Assembly: GCA_950097015.1 (NCBI GenBank)
Contig: CATNEN010000010.1
Location: 1,798,001-1,862,000 of the forward strand
DNA: 64,000 nt
Source: Macrostomum hystrix
Lineage: Eukaryota > Animalia > Platyhelminthes
Direction: 5' to 3'
A program made the position numbers and the translations under genes. Shown here one piece after another: positions 15,426 through 29,600 of this stretch. Each line of letters begins with the position of its first letter. Within the stretch, counting starts at the first letter, position 1. Below the pieces are notes generated by a model that saw only the letters and a program-made list of their open reading frames with translations, had not been told where the DNA came from and searched no databases.

Positions 15426-15496
15426 CTTCTGATGCAAGCGGCCGAGACGGCAGCGACCAGAATGGCGCACAGGCAAAGGGAGGTGGGCTTGGGCAT
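14543..15496 (-). CDS. Secreted protein, 317 aa: signal peptide, 10-Cys N-terminal region, C-terminal LamG/pentraxin-like (ConA-like lectin fold) domain
   Basis: ATG at 15496 (the track start is a non-ATG extension). Hydrophobic leader MPKPTSLCLCAILVAAVSA. LamG_3-like motifs FDGLTSY, SFTWLMRL, WIDIGIAR, AYFNGSFVA, LQVG, FFQGTISALAL...MTEQDI. Intronless. Confidence 0.8.
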   Translation of the reverse strand: MPKPTSLCLCAILVAAVSAACIRSRWCKVSTQCLNESTAHTCWQLPSLIPCMLKSSDLPGDLVAQWSERTGACCLFRYQTVCRDIRAESPSTSSCSVFRTSSLTSCSESLAQQFVGVWLAGGPRRFDNLVCQVEPSNYRLSSQNVAWAQDGAAFDGLTSYALIDDASKVVNGGSFTWLMRLKRLPQTQPLMDTVECSNLASINLGPAFWEHDAPNKLNFFMPGTTAIITPEILPNNANTWIDIGIARSASPSLIAYFNGSFVATIPADSFAQTVCFTLQVGRRISSSSFFQGTISALALANSSMTEQDIRKFISALP

Positions 15497-16456
15497 GCTC
15501 GGCTCTCCGCTGCTTGTTTCAGAGCTGTCAGTTTTCACTTTTCTGATCAGAAATTTCTCCTAAGCTGCTCTGTTCTGCTCATCGATCTCCGCATATTTAA
15601 CCTGCAGCCTGCCGAGGCCCACAAGGTTTTTCTCTTCCCCAGAGGGAGCACACGTTCTCGCGTTTGTTTTCTCCAGCTCATGGGCCCATTGTCTCCGTGT
15701 CTCCAAGGCGACTTTCTCGTGTGAAGTCAAAGCCTGCCTGGTTGGAGACTGTGGTGTCGCGCACTGCTGTGGGTGCAATTATCACCTGCCCTGCTGATTT
15801 GTTGATCCTGCATTAACAACCGCTCACAAATGTGACTTAAAATTCTTTCTGCCGTGCCTGACTGGCTCTCTGGGCTCTTTGCTTGCAGTTTTGCCTCTGC
15901 GACTCAACTTCCCTGGAGGAGCCGAAAATGCCGTGCAGGCGATCTCAGGAGTCTGCCCAGCCAGGCGTAGTCTTGTGTTTTTATATTGTTGGCCAGAATT
16001 GATAGACAACCGCTTAACAGAATCCAACGAGCATTGTAGTTTCTAAAAGCTGAAGTTAAAAGTGCGATCCTACTACTAGGTGCCAAAATGCTGAGTAGTG
16101 CAAATTGCACATCGTTCGGTTTCTACTTTCGAAGCTAGTAAAGCATTGAGCAGTAAGACATTGGGACTAATATAGTGGGCATTTTACATTTTCTGCTCAC
16201 ATCGTCCTTAGCCCTCCGCCTGATTTGGGCCATGCTTGAGCTCGGATTTAAGTCTGACAGCTCAGCCAATTCTGGTGATTCACTGTTTATATGAAAAATC
16301 TGGCAATCACTTTTCTCACCTGGACACTGCAGATATCAAACGCGACATGCGCCCACTAGCAGATTAATTTGGAAGCAAAATTAGTCTGCTTTGACCAGCT
16401 AAATCTTGAAAAAACAACCAATCTCTGAAACCTCGATCCGACAAGGTCTTTATGCC

Positions 16457-17122
16457 ATCCCAATCCCATCTCTACTCAGTCCCAATCCCTTCGCTACTCA
16501 GTCACAATCCTATCCCTACTCAGTCCCAATCCCATCCCTACTCAGTCACAATCCCATCCCTACTCAATCACAATCCCATCCCTACTCAGTCCCAATCCCA
16601 TCCCTAGCCACGCACAATCCCATGCCTACTCAGTCACAATCCCATCCCTACTCAGTCACAATCCCATCCCTACTCAGTCACAATCCCATCCCTACTCAAT
16701 CACAATCCCATCTCTACTCAGTCCCAATCCAATCCATAGCCACTCACAATCCCATACCTACTCGGTCACAATCCCATCTCTACCGAATCCCAATCCCATC
16801 CCTAGCCATTTACAATCCTATCCCTACTCGGTCCCAATCCCATCCCTACTAAGTCACAATCCCATCCCTACTCAGTCACAATCCCATCCCTACTCAGTCA
16901 TAATCCCATCTCTACCCAATCCCAATCCCATCCCTAGCCACTTACAATCCCATCCCTACTCAGTCACAATCTCATCCCAACTCAGTCACAATGCCATCCC
17001 TACTCAGTCACAATCCCATCCCTTAGCCACTCCCAATCCCATCCCTACTCAGTCACAATCCCATCCCTAGCAACTTACGATCCCATCTCTACTCAGTCAC
17101 AATCCTATCACAATCCCGCAAT
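16457..17122. repeat. Degenerate 22-bp minisatellite (CAGTCACAATCCCATCCCTACT)
   Basis: About 30 diverged copies seen directly. Confidence 0.9.
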
Positions 17123-17686
17123 CCCATTCCCAATTTCGCTCAATCCAAAACCTATCCCTACCCAATATCATTTTCAGTCATTATCCCTAAATCACTGAGT
17201 CGCAAAGCAGTTGAGTCGGGTCTGAGCAGCAATGGCTTTATCCGTGATCGCTTATTCCAACAAAAACCTGGGCTCCCCAGCGCAGCTACTGGTTCGATTG
17301 TTCTGAATCAGCACCAAATCCCGTCCATTGTGCTTTCGCCTCTTTGCCTTCCTATCTCAAGGTCTGAGTGGAAAAATATCAATAATTTTTCATTCAGCTC
17401 TCTCAGTCAGCGACTGAAATATTATCTGAAAATGCAAAACTGAATGGGTGTCATTTTCCGGGACACCATTGCCATTTTCTCAGCATTGCTTTCCCTAACT
17501 CCGTGCAAGTGATATATTGATAATCACATTTTAGCAATGAAAATTCTTGTTCTCTTCAGACTCAATTGATTGCTAGATAATAAAACATTCTCAAATTCTT
17601 ATAGGCACCTCAGAAAAATACTAGAAATGGTATTTTTGTGCACTAATAGAGTTGCTTGAGTTCGCTAAGAGTGCAATCAGAAAAAT

Positions 17687-20600
17687 AATGAGAATCGAAC
17701 GAACTGAGTAGTGGGATTGAGAATCGAACGAATTGAGTATTGGGATTGAGAATCGAACGAATTAAATATTGGGATTGAGAATCGACGAATTAAATATTGG
17801 GATTGAGAATCGAACGAATTGAGTATTGGGATTGAGAATCGAACGAATTAAGTATTGGGATTGAGAATCGAACGAATTGAGTAGTGGGATTGAGAATCGA
17901 ACGAATTGAGTATTGGGATTGAGAATCGAACGAATTAAGTAGTGGGATTGAGAATCGAACGAATTGAGTATTGGGAATGAGAATCGAACGAATTGAGTAT
18001 TGGGATTGAGAATCGAACGAATTGAGTATTGGGATTGAGAATCGAACGAATTGAGTATTGGGATTGAGAATCGAACGAATTAAGTAGTGGGAATGAGAAT
18101 CGAACGAATTGAGTATTGGGAATGAGAATCGAACGAATTGAGTATTGGGATTGAGAATCGAACGAATTGAGTATTGGGATTGAGAATCGAACGAATTAAG
18201 TAGTGGGATTGAGAATCGAACGAATTGAGTATTGGGATTGAGAATCGAACGAATTGAGTATTGGGCTTGAGAATCGAACGAATTGAGTATTGGGATTGAG
18301 AATCGAACGAATTGAATATTGGGATTGAGAATCGAACGAATTAAGTAGTGGGATTGAGAATCGAACGAATTGAGTATTGGGCTTGAGAATCGAACGAATT
18401 AAGTAGTGGGATTGAGAATCGAACGAATTGAATATTGGGATTGAGAATCGAACGAATTAAGTAGTGGGATTGAGAATCGAACGAATTGAGTATTGGGATT
18501 GAGAATCGAACGAATTGAATATTGGGATTGAGAATCGAACGAATTGAATATTGGGATTGAGAATCGAACGAATTAAGTAGTGGGATTGAGAATCGACGAA
18601 TTGAGTATTGGGATTGAGAATCGAACGAATTGAGTATTGGGATTGAGAATCGAACGAATTGAGTATTGGGATTGAGAATCGAACGAATTAAGTATTGGGA
18701 TTGAGAATCGAACGAATTGAGTATTGGGATTGAGAATCGAACGAATTGAGTAGTGGGATTGAGAATCGAACGAATTGAGTATTGGGATTGAGAATCGAAC
18801 GAATTGAGTATTGGGATTGAGAATCGAACGAATTGAGTAGTGGGATTGAGAATCGAACGAATTGAGTATTGGGATTGAGAATCGAACGAATTGAGTAGTG
18901 GGATTGAGAATCGAACGAATTGAGTATTGGGATTGAGAATCGAACGAATTAAGTAGTGGGATTGAGAATCGAACGAATTGAGTATTGGGATTAAGAATCG
19001 AACGAATTAAGTAGTGGGATTTAGAATCGAACGAATTGAGTATTGGGATTGAGAATCGAACGAAGTGAGTAGTGGGATTGAGAATCGAACGAATTGAGTA
19101 GTGGGATTGAGAATCGAACGAATTGAGTAGTGGGATTGAGAATCGAACGAATTGAGTATTGGGATTGAGAATCGAACGAATTGAGTATTGGGATTGAGAA
19201 TCGAACGAATTGAGTAGTGGGATTGAGAATCGAACGAATTGAGTATTGGGATTGAGAATCGAACGAATTAAGTAGTGGGATTGAGAATCGAACGAATTGA
19301 GTAGTGGGATTGAGAATCGAACGAATTGAGTATTGGGATTGAGAATCGAACGAATTGAGTAGTGGGATTGAGAATCGAACGAATTGAGTATTGGGATTGA
19401 GAATCGAACGAATTAAGTAGTGGGATTGAGAATCGAACGAATTGAGTATTGGGATTGAGAATCGAACGAATTGAGTATTGGGATTGAGAATCGAACGAAT
19501 TGAGTAGTGGGATTGAGAATTGAACGAATTGAGTAGTGGGATTGAGAATTGAACGAATTGAGTAGTGGGATTGAGAATTGAACGAATTGAGTAGTGGGAT
19601 TGAGAATCGAACGAATTGAGTATTGGGATTGAGAATCGAACGAATTGAGTATTGGGATTGAGAATCGACGAATTGAGTATTGGGATTGAGAATCGAACGA
19701 ATTGAGTATTGGGATTGAGAATCGAACGAATTCAGTATTGGGATTGAGAATCGACGAATTGAGTATTGGGATTGAGAATTGAACGAATTGAGTAGTGGGA
19801 TTGAGAATCGAACGAATTGAGTAGTGGGATTGAGAATCGAACGAATTGAATATTGGGATTGAGAATCGAACGAATTGAGTATTGGGATTGAGAATCGAAC
19901 GAATTGAGTAGTGGGATTGAGAATCGAACGAATTGAGTATTGGGATTGAGAATCGAACGAATTAAGTAGTGGGATTGAGAATCGAACGAATTGAGTATTG
20001 GGATTGAGAATCGAACGAATTGAGTATTGGGATTGAGAATCGAACGAATTGAGTAGTGGGATTGAGAATTGAACGAATTGAGTAGTGGGATTGAGAATTG
20101 AACGAATTGAGTAGTGGGATTGAGAATTGAACGAATTGAGTAGTGGGATTGAGAATCGAACGAATTGAGTATTGGGATTGAGAATCGAACGAATTGAGTA
20201 TTGGGATTGAGAATCGACGAATTGAGTATTGGGATTGAGAATCGAACGAATTGAGTACTGGGATTAAGAATCGAACGAATTGAGTAGTGGGATTGAGAAT
20301 TGAACGAATTGAGTAGTGGGATTGAGAATCGAACGAATTGAGTATTGGGATTGAGAATCGAACGAATTGAGTATTGGGATTGAGAATTGAACGAATTGAG
20401 TAGTGGGATTGAGAATCGAACGAATTGAGTAGTGGGATTGAGAATCGAACGAATTGAATATTGGGATTGAGAATCGAACGAATTGAGTATTGGGATTGAG
20501 AATCGAACGAATTGAGTATTGGGATTGAGAATCGAACGAATTGAGTATTGGGATTGAGAATCGAACGAATTGAGTATTGGGATTGAGAATCGAACGAATT

Positions 20601-23600
20601 AAGTATTGGGATTGAGAATCGAACGAATTAAGTAGTGGGATTGAGAATCGAACGAATTGAGTATTGGGATTGAGAATCGAACGAATTGAGTATTGGGATT
20701 GAGAATCGAACGAATTGAGTAGTGGGATTGAGAATCGAACGAATTGAGTATTGGGATTGAGAATCGAACGAATTAAGTAGTGGGATTGAGAATCGAACGA
20801 ATTGAGTATTGGGATTGAGAATCGAACGAATTGAGTAGTGGGATTGAGAATCGAACGAATTGAGTATTGGGATTGAGAATCGAACGAATTAAGTAGTGGG
20901 ATTGAGAATCGAACGAATTGAGTATTGGGATTGAGAATCGAACGAATTGAGTATTGGGATTGAGAATCGAACGAATTGAGTATTGGGATTGAGAATCGAC
21001 GAATTGAGTATTGGGATTGAGAATCGAACGAATTGAATATTGGGATTGAGAATCGAACGAATTGAGTATTGGGATTGAGAATCGAACGAATTGAGTAGTG
21101 GGATTGAGAATTGAACGAATTGAGTAGTGGGATTGAGAATCGAACGAATTGAGTAGTGGGATTGAGAATCGAACGAATTGAGTATTGGGATTGAGAATCG
21201 AACGAATTGAGTATTGGGATTGAGAATCGAACGAATTGAGTAGTGGGATTGAGAATTGAACGAATTGAGTAGTGGGATTGAGAATCGAACGAATTCAGTA
21301 TTGGGATTGAGAATCGAACGAATTGAGTATTGGGATTGAGAATCGAACGAATTGAGTATTGGGATTGAGAATCGAACGAATTGAGTAGTGGGATTGAGAA
21401 TCGAACGAATTGAGTAGTGGGATTGAGAATCGAACGAATTAAGTAGTGGGATTAAGAATCGAACGAATTGAGTATTGGGATTGAGAATCGAACGAATTGA
21501 ATATTGGGATTGAGAATCGAACGAATTGAGTATTGGGATTGAGAATTGAACGAATTAAGTAGTGGGATTGAGAATCGAACGAATTGAGTATTGGGATTGA
21601 GAATCGAACGAATTGAGTATTGGGATTGAGAATCGAACGAATTGAGTAGTGGGATTGAGAATCGAACGAATTAAGTAGTGGGATTAAGAATCGAACGAAT
21701 TGAGTATTGGGATTGAGAATCGAACGAATTGAATATTGGGATTGAGAATCGAACGAATTGAGTATTGGGATTGAGAATCGAACGAATTGAGTATTGGGAT
21801 TGAGAATCGAACGAATTGAGTATTGGGATTGAGAATCGAACGAATTGAGTAGTGGGATTGAGAATCGAACGAATTAAGTAGTGGGATTAAGAATCGAACG
21901 AATTGAGTATTGGGATTGAGAATCGAACGAATTGAATATTGGGATTGAGAATCGAACGAATTGAGTATTGGGATTGAGAATCGAACGAATTAAGTAGTGG
22001 GATTGAGAATCGACGAATTGAGTATTGGGATTGAGAATCGAACGAATTGAGTATTGGGATTGAGAATCGAACGAATTAAGTAGTGGGATTGAGAATCGAA
22101 CGAATTGAGTATTGGGATTGAGAATCGAACGAATTCAGTATTGGGATTGAGAATCGAACGAATTCAGTATTGGGATTGAGAATCGAACGAATTAAGTAGT
22201 GGGATTGAGAATCGAACGAATTGAGTATTGGGATTGAGAATCGAACGAATTGAGTAGTGGGATTGAGAATCGAACGAATTGAGTATTGGGATTGAGAATC
22301 GAACGAATTGAGTATTGGGATTGAGAATCGAACGAATTGAGTAGTGGGATTGAGAATCGAACGAATTGAGTATTGGGATTGAGAATCGAACGAATTGAGT
22401 ATTGGGATTGAGAATCGAACGAATTGAGTATTGGGATTGAGAATCGAACGAATTGAGTAGTGGGATTGAGAATCGAACGAATTGAGTAGTGGGATTGAGA
22501 ATCGAACGAATTAAGTAGTGGGATTAAGAATCGAACGAATTGAGTATTGGGATTGAGAATCGAACGAATTAAGTAGTGGGATTGAGAATCGAACGAATTC
22601 AGTAGTGGGATTGAGAATCGAACGAATTGAGTATTGGGATTGAGAATCGAACGAATTGAGTAGTGGGATTGAGAATCGAACGAATTGAGTATTGGGATTG
22701 AGAATCGAACGAATTGAGTATTGGGATTGAGAATCGAACGAATTGAGTATTGGGATTGAGAATCGAACGAATTGAGTAGTGGGATTGAGAATCGAACGAA
22801 TTGAGTAGTGGGATTGAGAATCGAACGAATTAAGTAGTGGGATTAAGAATCGAACGAATTGAGTATTGGGATTGAGAATCGAACGAATTGAGTAGTGGGA
22901 TTGAGAATCGAACGAATTGAATATTGGGATTGAGAATCGAACGAATTGAGTATTGGGATTGAGAATTGAACGAATTAAGTAGTGGGATTGAGAATCGACG
23001 AATTGAGTATTGGGATTGAGAATCGAACGAATTGAGTATTGGGATTGAGAATCGAACGAATTGAGTATTGGGATTGAGAATCGAACGAATTGAGTAGTGG
23101 GATTGAGAATCGAACGAATTGAGTAGTGGGATTGAGAATCGAACGAACTAAGTAGTGGGATTAAGAATCGAACGAATTGAGTATTGGGATTGAGAATCGA
23201 ACGAATTGAGTATTGGGATTGAGAATCGAACGAATTAAGTTGTGGGATTGAGAATCGAACGAATTGAGTATTGGGATTGAGAATCGAACGAATTGAGTAT
23301 TGGGATTGAGAATCGAACGAATTGAGTATTGGGATTGAGAATCGACGAATTGAGTATTGGGATTGAGAATCGAACGAATTGAATATTGGGATTGAGAATC
23401 GAACGAATTGAGTAGTGGGATTGAGAATCGAACGAATTGAGTATTGGGATTGAGAATCGAACGAATTGAGTACTGGGATTGAGAATCGAACGAATTGAAT
23501 ATTGGGATTGAGAATCGAACGAATTGAGTAGTGGGATTGAGAATCGAACGAATTGAGTATTGGGATTGAGAATCGAACGAATTGAGTAGTGGGATTGAGA

Positions 23601-26600
23601 ATCGAACGAATTGAGTATTGGGATTGAGAATCGAACGAATTGAGTACTGGGATTGAGAATCGAACGAATTGAATATTGGGATTGAGAATCGAACGAACTG
23701 AGTATTGGGATTGAGAATCGAACGAATTGAATATTGGGATTGAGAATCGAACGAATTCAGTATTGGGATTGAGAATCGAACGAATTGAGTAGTGGGATTG
23801 AGAATCGAACGAATTGAGTATTGGGATTGAGAATCGAACGAATGGAGTATTGGGATTGAGAATCGAACGAATTGAGTAGTGGGATTGAGAATCGAACGAA
23901 TTCAGTATTGGGATTGAGAATCGACGAATTGAGTAGTGGGATTGAGAATCGAACGAATTGAATATTGGGATTGAGAACGAACGAATTGAGTAGTGGGATT
24001 GAGAATCGAACGAATTGAGTATTGGGATTGAGAATCGAACGAATTGAGTATTGGGATTGAGAATCGAACGAATTGAGTATTGGGATTGAGAATCGAACGA
24101 ATTGAGTATTGGGAATGAGAATCGAACGAATTGAGTATTGGGATTGAGAATCGAACGAATTGAGTATTGGGATTGAGAATCGAACGAATTGAGTATTGGG
24201 ATTGAGAATCGAACGAATTAAGTAGTGGGAATGAGAATCGAACGAATTGAGTATTGGGAATGAGAATCGAACGAATTGAGTATTGGGATTGAGAATCGAA
24301 CGAATTGAGTATTGGGATTGAGAATCGAACGAATTAAGTAGTGGGATTGAGAATCGAACGAATTGAGTATTGGGATTGAGAATCGAACGAATTGAGTATT
24401 GGGCTTGAGAATCGAACGAATTGAGTATTGGGATTGAGAATCGAACGAATTGAATATTGGGATTGAGAATCGAACGAATTAAGTAGTGGGATTGAGAATC
24501 GAACGAATTGAGTATTGGGCTTGAGAATCGAACGAATTAAGTAGTGGGATTGAGAATCGAACGAATTGAATATTGGGATTGAGAATCGAACGAATTAAGT
24601 AGTGGGATTGAGAATCGAACGAATTGAGTATTGGGATTGAGAATCGAACGAATTGAATATTGGGATTGAGAATCGAACGAATTGAATATTGGGATTGAGA
24701 ATCGAACGAATTAAGTAGTGGGATTGAGAATCGACGAATTGAGTATTGGGATTGAGAATCGAACGAATTGAGTATTGGGATTGAGAATCGAACGAATTGA
24801 GTATTGGGATTGAGAATCGAACGAATTAAGTATTGGGATTGAGAATCGAACGAATTGAGTATTGGGATTGAGAATCGAACGAATTGAGTAGTGGGATTGA
24901 GAATCGAACGAATTGAGTATTGGGATTGAGAATCGAACGAATTGAGTATTGGGATTGAGAATCGAACGAATTGAGTATTGGGATTGAGAATCGAACGAAT
25001 TGAGTATTGGGATTGAGAATCGAACGAATTGAGTATTGGGATTGAGAATCGAACGAATTAAGTAGTGGGATTGAGAATCGAACGAATTGAGTATTGGGAT
25101 TAAGAATCGAACGAATTAAGTAGTGGGATTTAGAATCGAACGAATTGAGTATTGGGATTGAGAATCGAACGAAGTGAGTAGTGGGATTGAGAATCGAACG
25201 AATTGAGTAGTGGGATTGAGAATCGAACGAATTGAGTAGTGGGATTGAGAATCGAACGAATTGAGTATTGGGATTGAGAATCGAACGAATTGAGTATTGG
25301 GATTGAGAATCGAACGAATTGAGTAGTGGGATTGAGAATCGAACGAATTGAGTATTGGGATTGAGAATCGAACGAATTAAGTAGTGGGATTGAGAATCGA
25401 ACGAATTGAGTAGTGGGATTGAGAATCGAACGAATTGAGTATTGGGATTGAGAATCGAACGAATTGAGTAGTGGGATTGAGAATCGAACGAATTGAGTAT
25501 TGGGATTGAGAATCGAACGAATTAAGTAGTGGGATTGAGAATCGAACGAATTGAGTATTGGGATTGAGAATCGAACGAATTGAGTATTGGGATTGAGAAT
25601 CGAACGAATTGAGTAGTGGGATTGAGAATCGACGAATTGAGTATTGGGATTGAGAATCGAACGAATTGAGTATTGGGATTGAGAATTGAACGAATTGAGT
25701 AGTGGGATTGAGAATCGAACGAATTGAGTATTGGGATTGAGAATCGAACGAATTGAGTAGTGGGATTGAGAATTGAACGAATTGAATATTGGGATTGAGA
25801 ATTGAACGAATTGAGTAGTGGGATTGAGAATCGAACGAATTGAGTAGTGGGATTGAGAATTGAACGAATTGAGTAGTGGGATTGAGAATTGAACGAATTG
25901 AGTAGTGGGATTGAGAATTGAACGAATTGAGTAGTGGGATTGAGAATCGAACGAATTGAGTATTGGGATTGAGAATCGAACGAATTGAGTATTGGGATTG
26001 AGAATCGACGAATTGAGTATTGGGATTGAGAATCGAACGAATTGAATATTGGGATTGAGAATTGAACGAATTGAGTAGTGGGATTGAGAATCGAACGAAT
26101 TGAGTATTGGGATTGAGAATCGAACGAATTGAGTATTGGGATTGAGAATCGACGAATTGAGTATTGGGATTGAGAATTGAACGAATTGAGTAGTGGGATT
26201 GAGAATCGAACGAATTGAGTATTGGGATTGAGAATCGAACGAATTGAGTATTGGGATTGAGAATTGAACGAATTGAGTAGTGGGATTGAGAATCGAACGA
26301 ATTGAGTAGTGGGATTGAGAATCGAACGAATTGAATATTGGGATTGAGAATCGAACGAATTGAGTATTGGGATTGAGAATCGAACGAATTGAGTATTGGG
26401 ATTGAGAATCGAACGAATTGAGTATTGGGATTGAGAATCGAACGAATTGAGTATTGGGATTGAGAATCGAACGAATTAAGTATTGGGATTGAGAATCGAA
26501 CGAATTAAGTAGTGGGATTGAGAATCGAACGAATTGAGTATTGGGATTGAGAATCGAACGAATTGAGTATTGGGATTGAGAATCGAACGAATTGAGTAGT

Positions 26601-29600
26601 GGGATTGAGAATCGAACGAATTGAGTATTGGGATTGAGAATCGAACGAATTAAGTAGTGGGATTGAGAATCGAACGAATTGAGTATTGGGATTGAGAATC
26701 GAACGAATTAAGTATTGGGATTGAGAATCGAACGAATTAAGTATTGGGATTGAGAATCGAACGAATTGAGTATTGGGATTGAGAATCGAACGAATTAAGT
26801 ATTGGGATTGAGAATCGAACGAATTAAGTAGTGGGATTGAGAATCGAACGAATTGAGTATTGGGATTGAGAATCGAACGAATTGAGTATTGGGATTGAGA
26901 ATCGAACGAATTGAGTAGTGGGATTGAGAATCGAACGAATTGAGTATTGGGATTGAGAATCGAACGAATTAAGTAGTGGGATTGAGAATCGAACGAATTG
27001 AGTATTGGGATTGAGAATCGAACGAATTGAGTATTGGGATTGAGAATCGAACGAATTGAGTATTGGGATTGAGAATCGACGAATTGAGTATTGGGATTGA
27101 GAATCGAACGAATTGAATATTGGGATTGAGAATCGAACGAATTGAGTATTGGGATTGAGAATCGAACGAATTGAGTAGTGGGATTGAGAATTGAACGAAT
27201 TGAGTAGTGGGATTGAGAATCGAACGAATTGAGTAGTGGGATTGAGAATCGAACGAATTGAGTATTGGGATTGAGAATCGAACGAATTGAGTATTGGGAT
27301 TGAGAATCGAACGAATTGAGTAGTGGGATTGAGAATTGAACGAATTGAGTAGTGGGATTGAGAATCGAACGAATTCAGTATTGGGATTGAGAATCGAACG
27401 AATTGAGTATTGGGATTGAGAATCGAACGAATTGAGTATTGGGATTGAGAATCGAACGAATTGAGTAGTGGGATTGAGAATCGAACGAATTGAGTAGTGG
27501 GATTGAGAATCGAACGAATTAAGTAGTGGGATTAAGAATCGAACGAATTGAGTATTGGGATTGAGAATCGAACGAATTGAATATTGGGATTGAGAATCGA
27601 ACGAATTGAGTATTGGGATTGAGAATTGAACGAATTAAGTAGTGGGATTGACAATCGACGAATTGAGTATTGGGATTGAGAATCGAACGAATTAAGTAGT
27701 GGGATTGAGAATCGAACGAATTGAGTATTGGGATTGAGAATCGAACGAATTGAGTATTGGGATTGAGAATCGAACGAATTGAGTAGTGGGATTGAGAATC
27801 GAACGAATTGAGTAGTGGGATTGAGAATCGAACGAATTGAGTAGTGGGATTGAGAATCGAACGAATTAAGTAGTGGGATTAAGAATCGAACGAATTGAGT
27901 ATTGGGATTGAGAATCGAACGAATTGAATATTGGGATTGAGAATCGAACGAATTGAGTATTGGGATTGAGAATCGAACGAATTGAGTATTGGGATTGAGA
28001 ATCGAACGAATTGAGTATTGGGATTGAGAATCGAACGAATTGAGTAGTGGGATTGAGAATCGAACGAATTAAGTAGTGGGATTAAGAATCGAACGAATTG
28101 AGTATTGGGATTGAGAATCGAACGAATTGAATATTGGGATTGAGAATCGAACGAATTGAGTATTGGGATTGAGAATCGAACGAATTAAGTAGTGGGATTG
28201 AGAATCGACGAATTGAGTATTGGGATTGAGAATCGAACGAATTGAGTATTGGGATTGAGAATCGAACGAATTAAGTAGTGGGATTGAGAATCGAACGAAT
28301 TGAGTATTGGGATTGAGAATCGAACGAATTCAGTATTGGGATTGAGAATCGAACGAATTCAGTATTGGGATTGAGAATCGAACGAATTAAGTAGTGGGAT
28401 TGAGAATCGAACGAATTGAGTATTGGGATTGAGAATCGAACGAATTGAGTAGTGGGATTGAGAATCGAACGAATTGAGTATTGGGATTGAGAATCGAACG
28501 AATTGAGTATTGGGATTGAGAATCGAACGAATTGAGTAGTGGGATTGAGAATCGAACGAATTGAGTATTGGGATTGAGAATCGAACGAATTGAGTATTGG
28601 GATTGAGAATCGAACGAATTGAGTATTGGGATTGAGAATCGAACGAATTGAGTAGTGGGATTGAGAATCGAACGAATTGAGTAGTGGGATTGAGAATCGA
28701 ACGAATTAAGTAGTGGGATTAAGAATCGAACGAATTGAGTATTGGGATTGAGAATCGAACGAATTAAGTAGTGGGATTGAGAATCGAACGAATTCAGTAG
28801 TGGGATTGAGAATCGAACGAATTGAGTATTGGGATTGAGAATCGAACGAATTGAGTAGTGGGATTGAGAATCGAACGAATTGAGTATTGGGATTGAGAAT
28901 CGAACGAATTGAGTATTGGGATTGAGAATCGAACGAATTGAGTATTGGGATTGAGAATCGAACGAATTGAGTAGTGGGATTGAGAATCGAACGAATTGAG
29001 TAGTGGGATTGAGAATCGAACGAATTAAGCAGTGGGATTAAGAATCGAACGAATTGAGTATTGGGATTGAGAATCGAACGAATTGAGTAGTGGGATTGAG
29101 AATCGAACGAATTGAATATTGGGATTGAGAATCGAACGAATTGAGTATTGGGATTGAGAATTGAACGAATTAAGTAGTGGGATTGAGAATCGACGAATTG
29201 AGTATTGGGATTGAGAATCGAACGAATTGAGTATTGGGATTGAGAATCGAACGAATTGAGTATTGGGATTGAGAATCGAACGAATTGAGTAGTGGGATTG
29301 AGAATCGAACGAATTGAGTAGTGGGATTGAGAATCGAACGAACTAAGTAGTGGGATTAAGAATCGAACGAATTGAGTATTGGGATTGAGAATCGAACGAA
29401 TTGAGTATTGGGATTGAGAATCGAACGAATTAAGTTGTGGGATTGAGAATCGAACGAATTGAGTATTGGGATTGAGAATCGAACGAATTGAGTATTGGGA
29501 TTGAGAATCGAACGAATTGAGTATTGGGATTGAGAATCGACGAATTGAGTATTGGGATTGAGAATCGAACGAATTGAATATTGGGATTGAGAATCGAACG

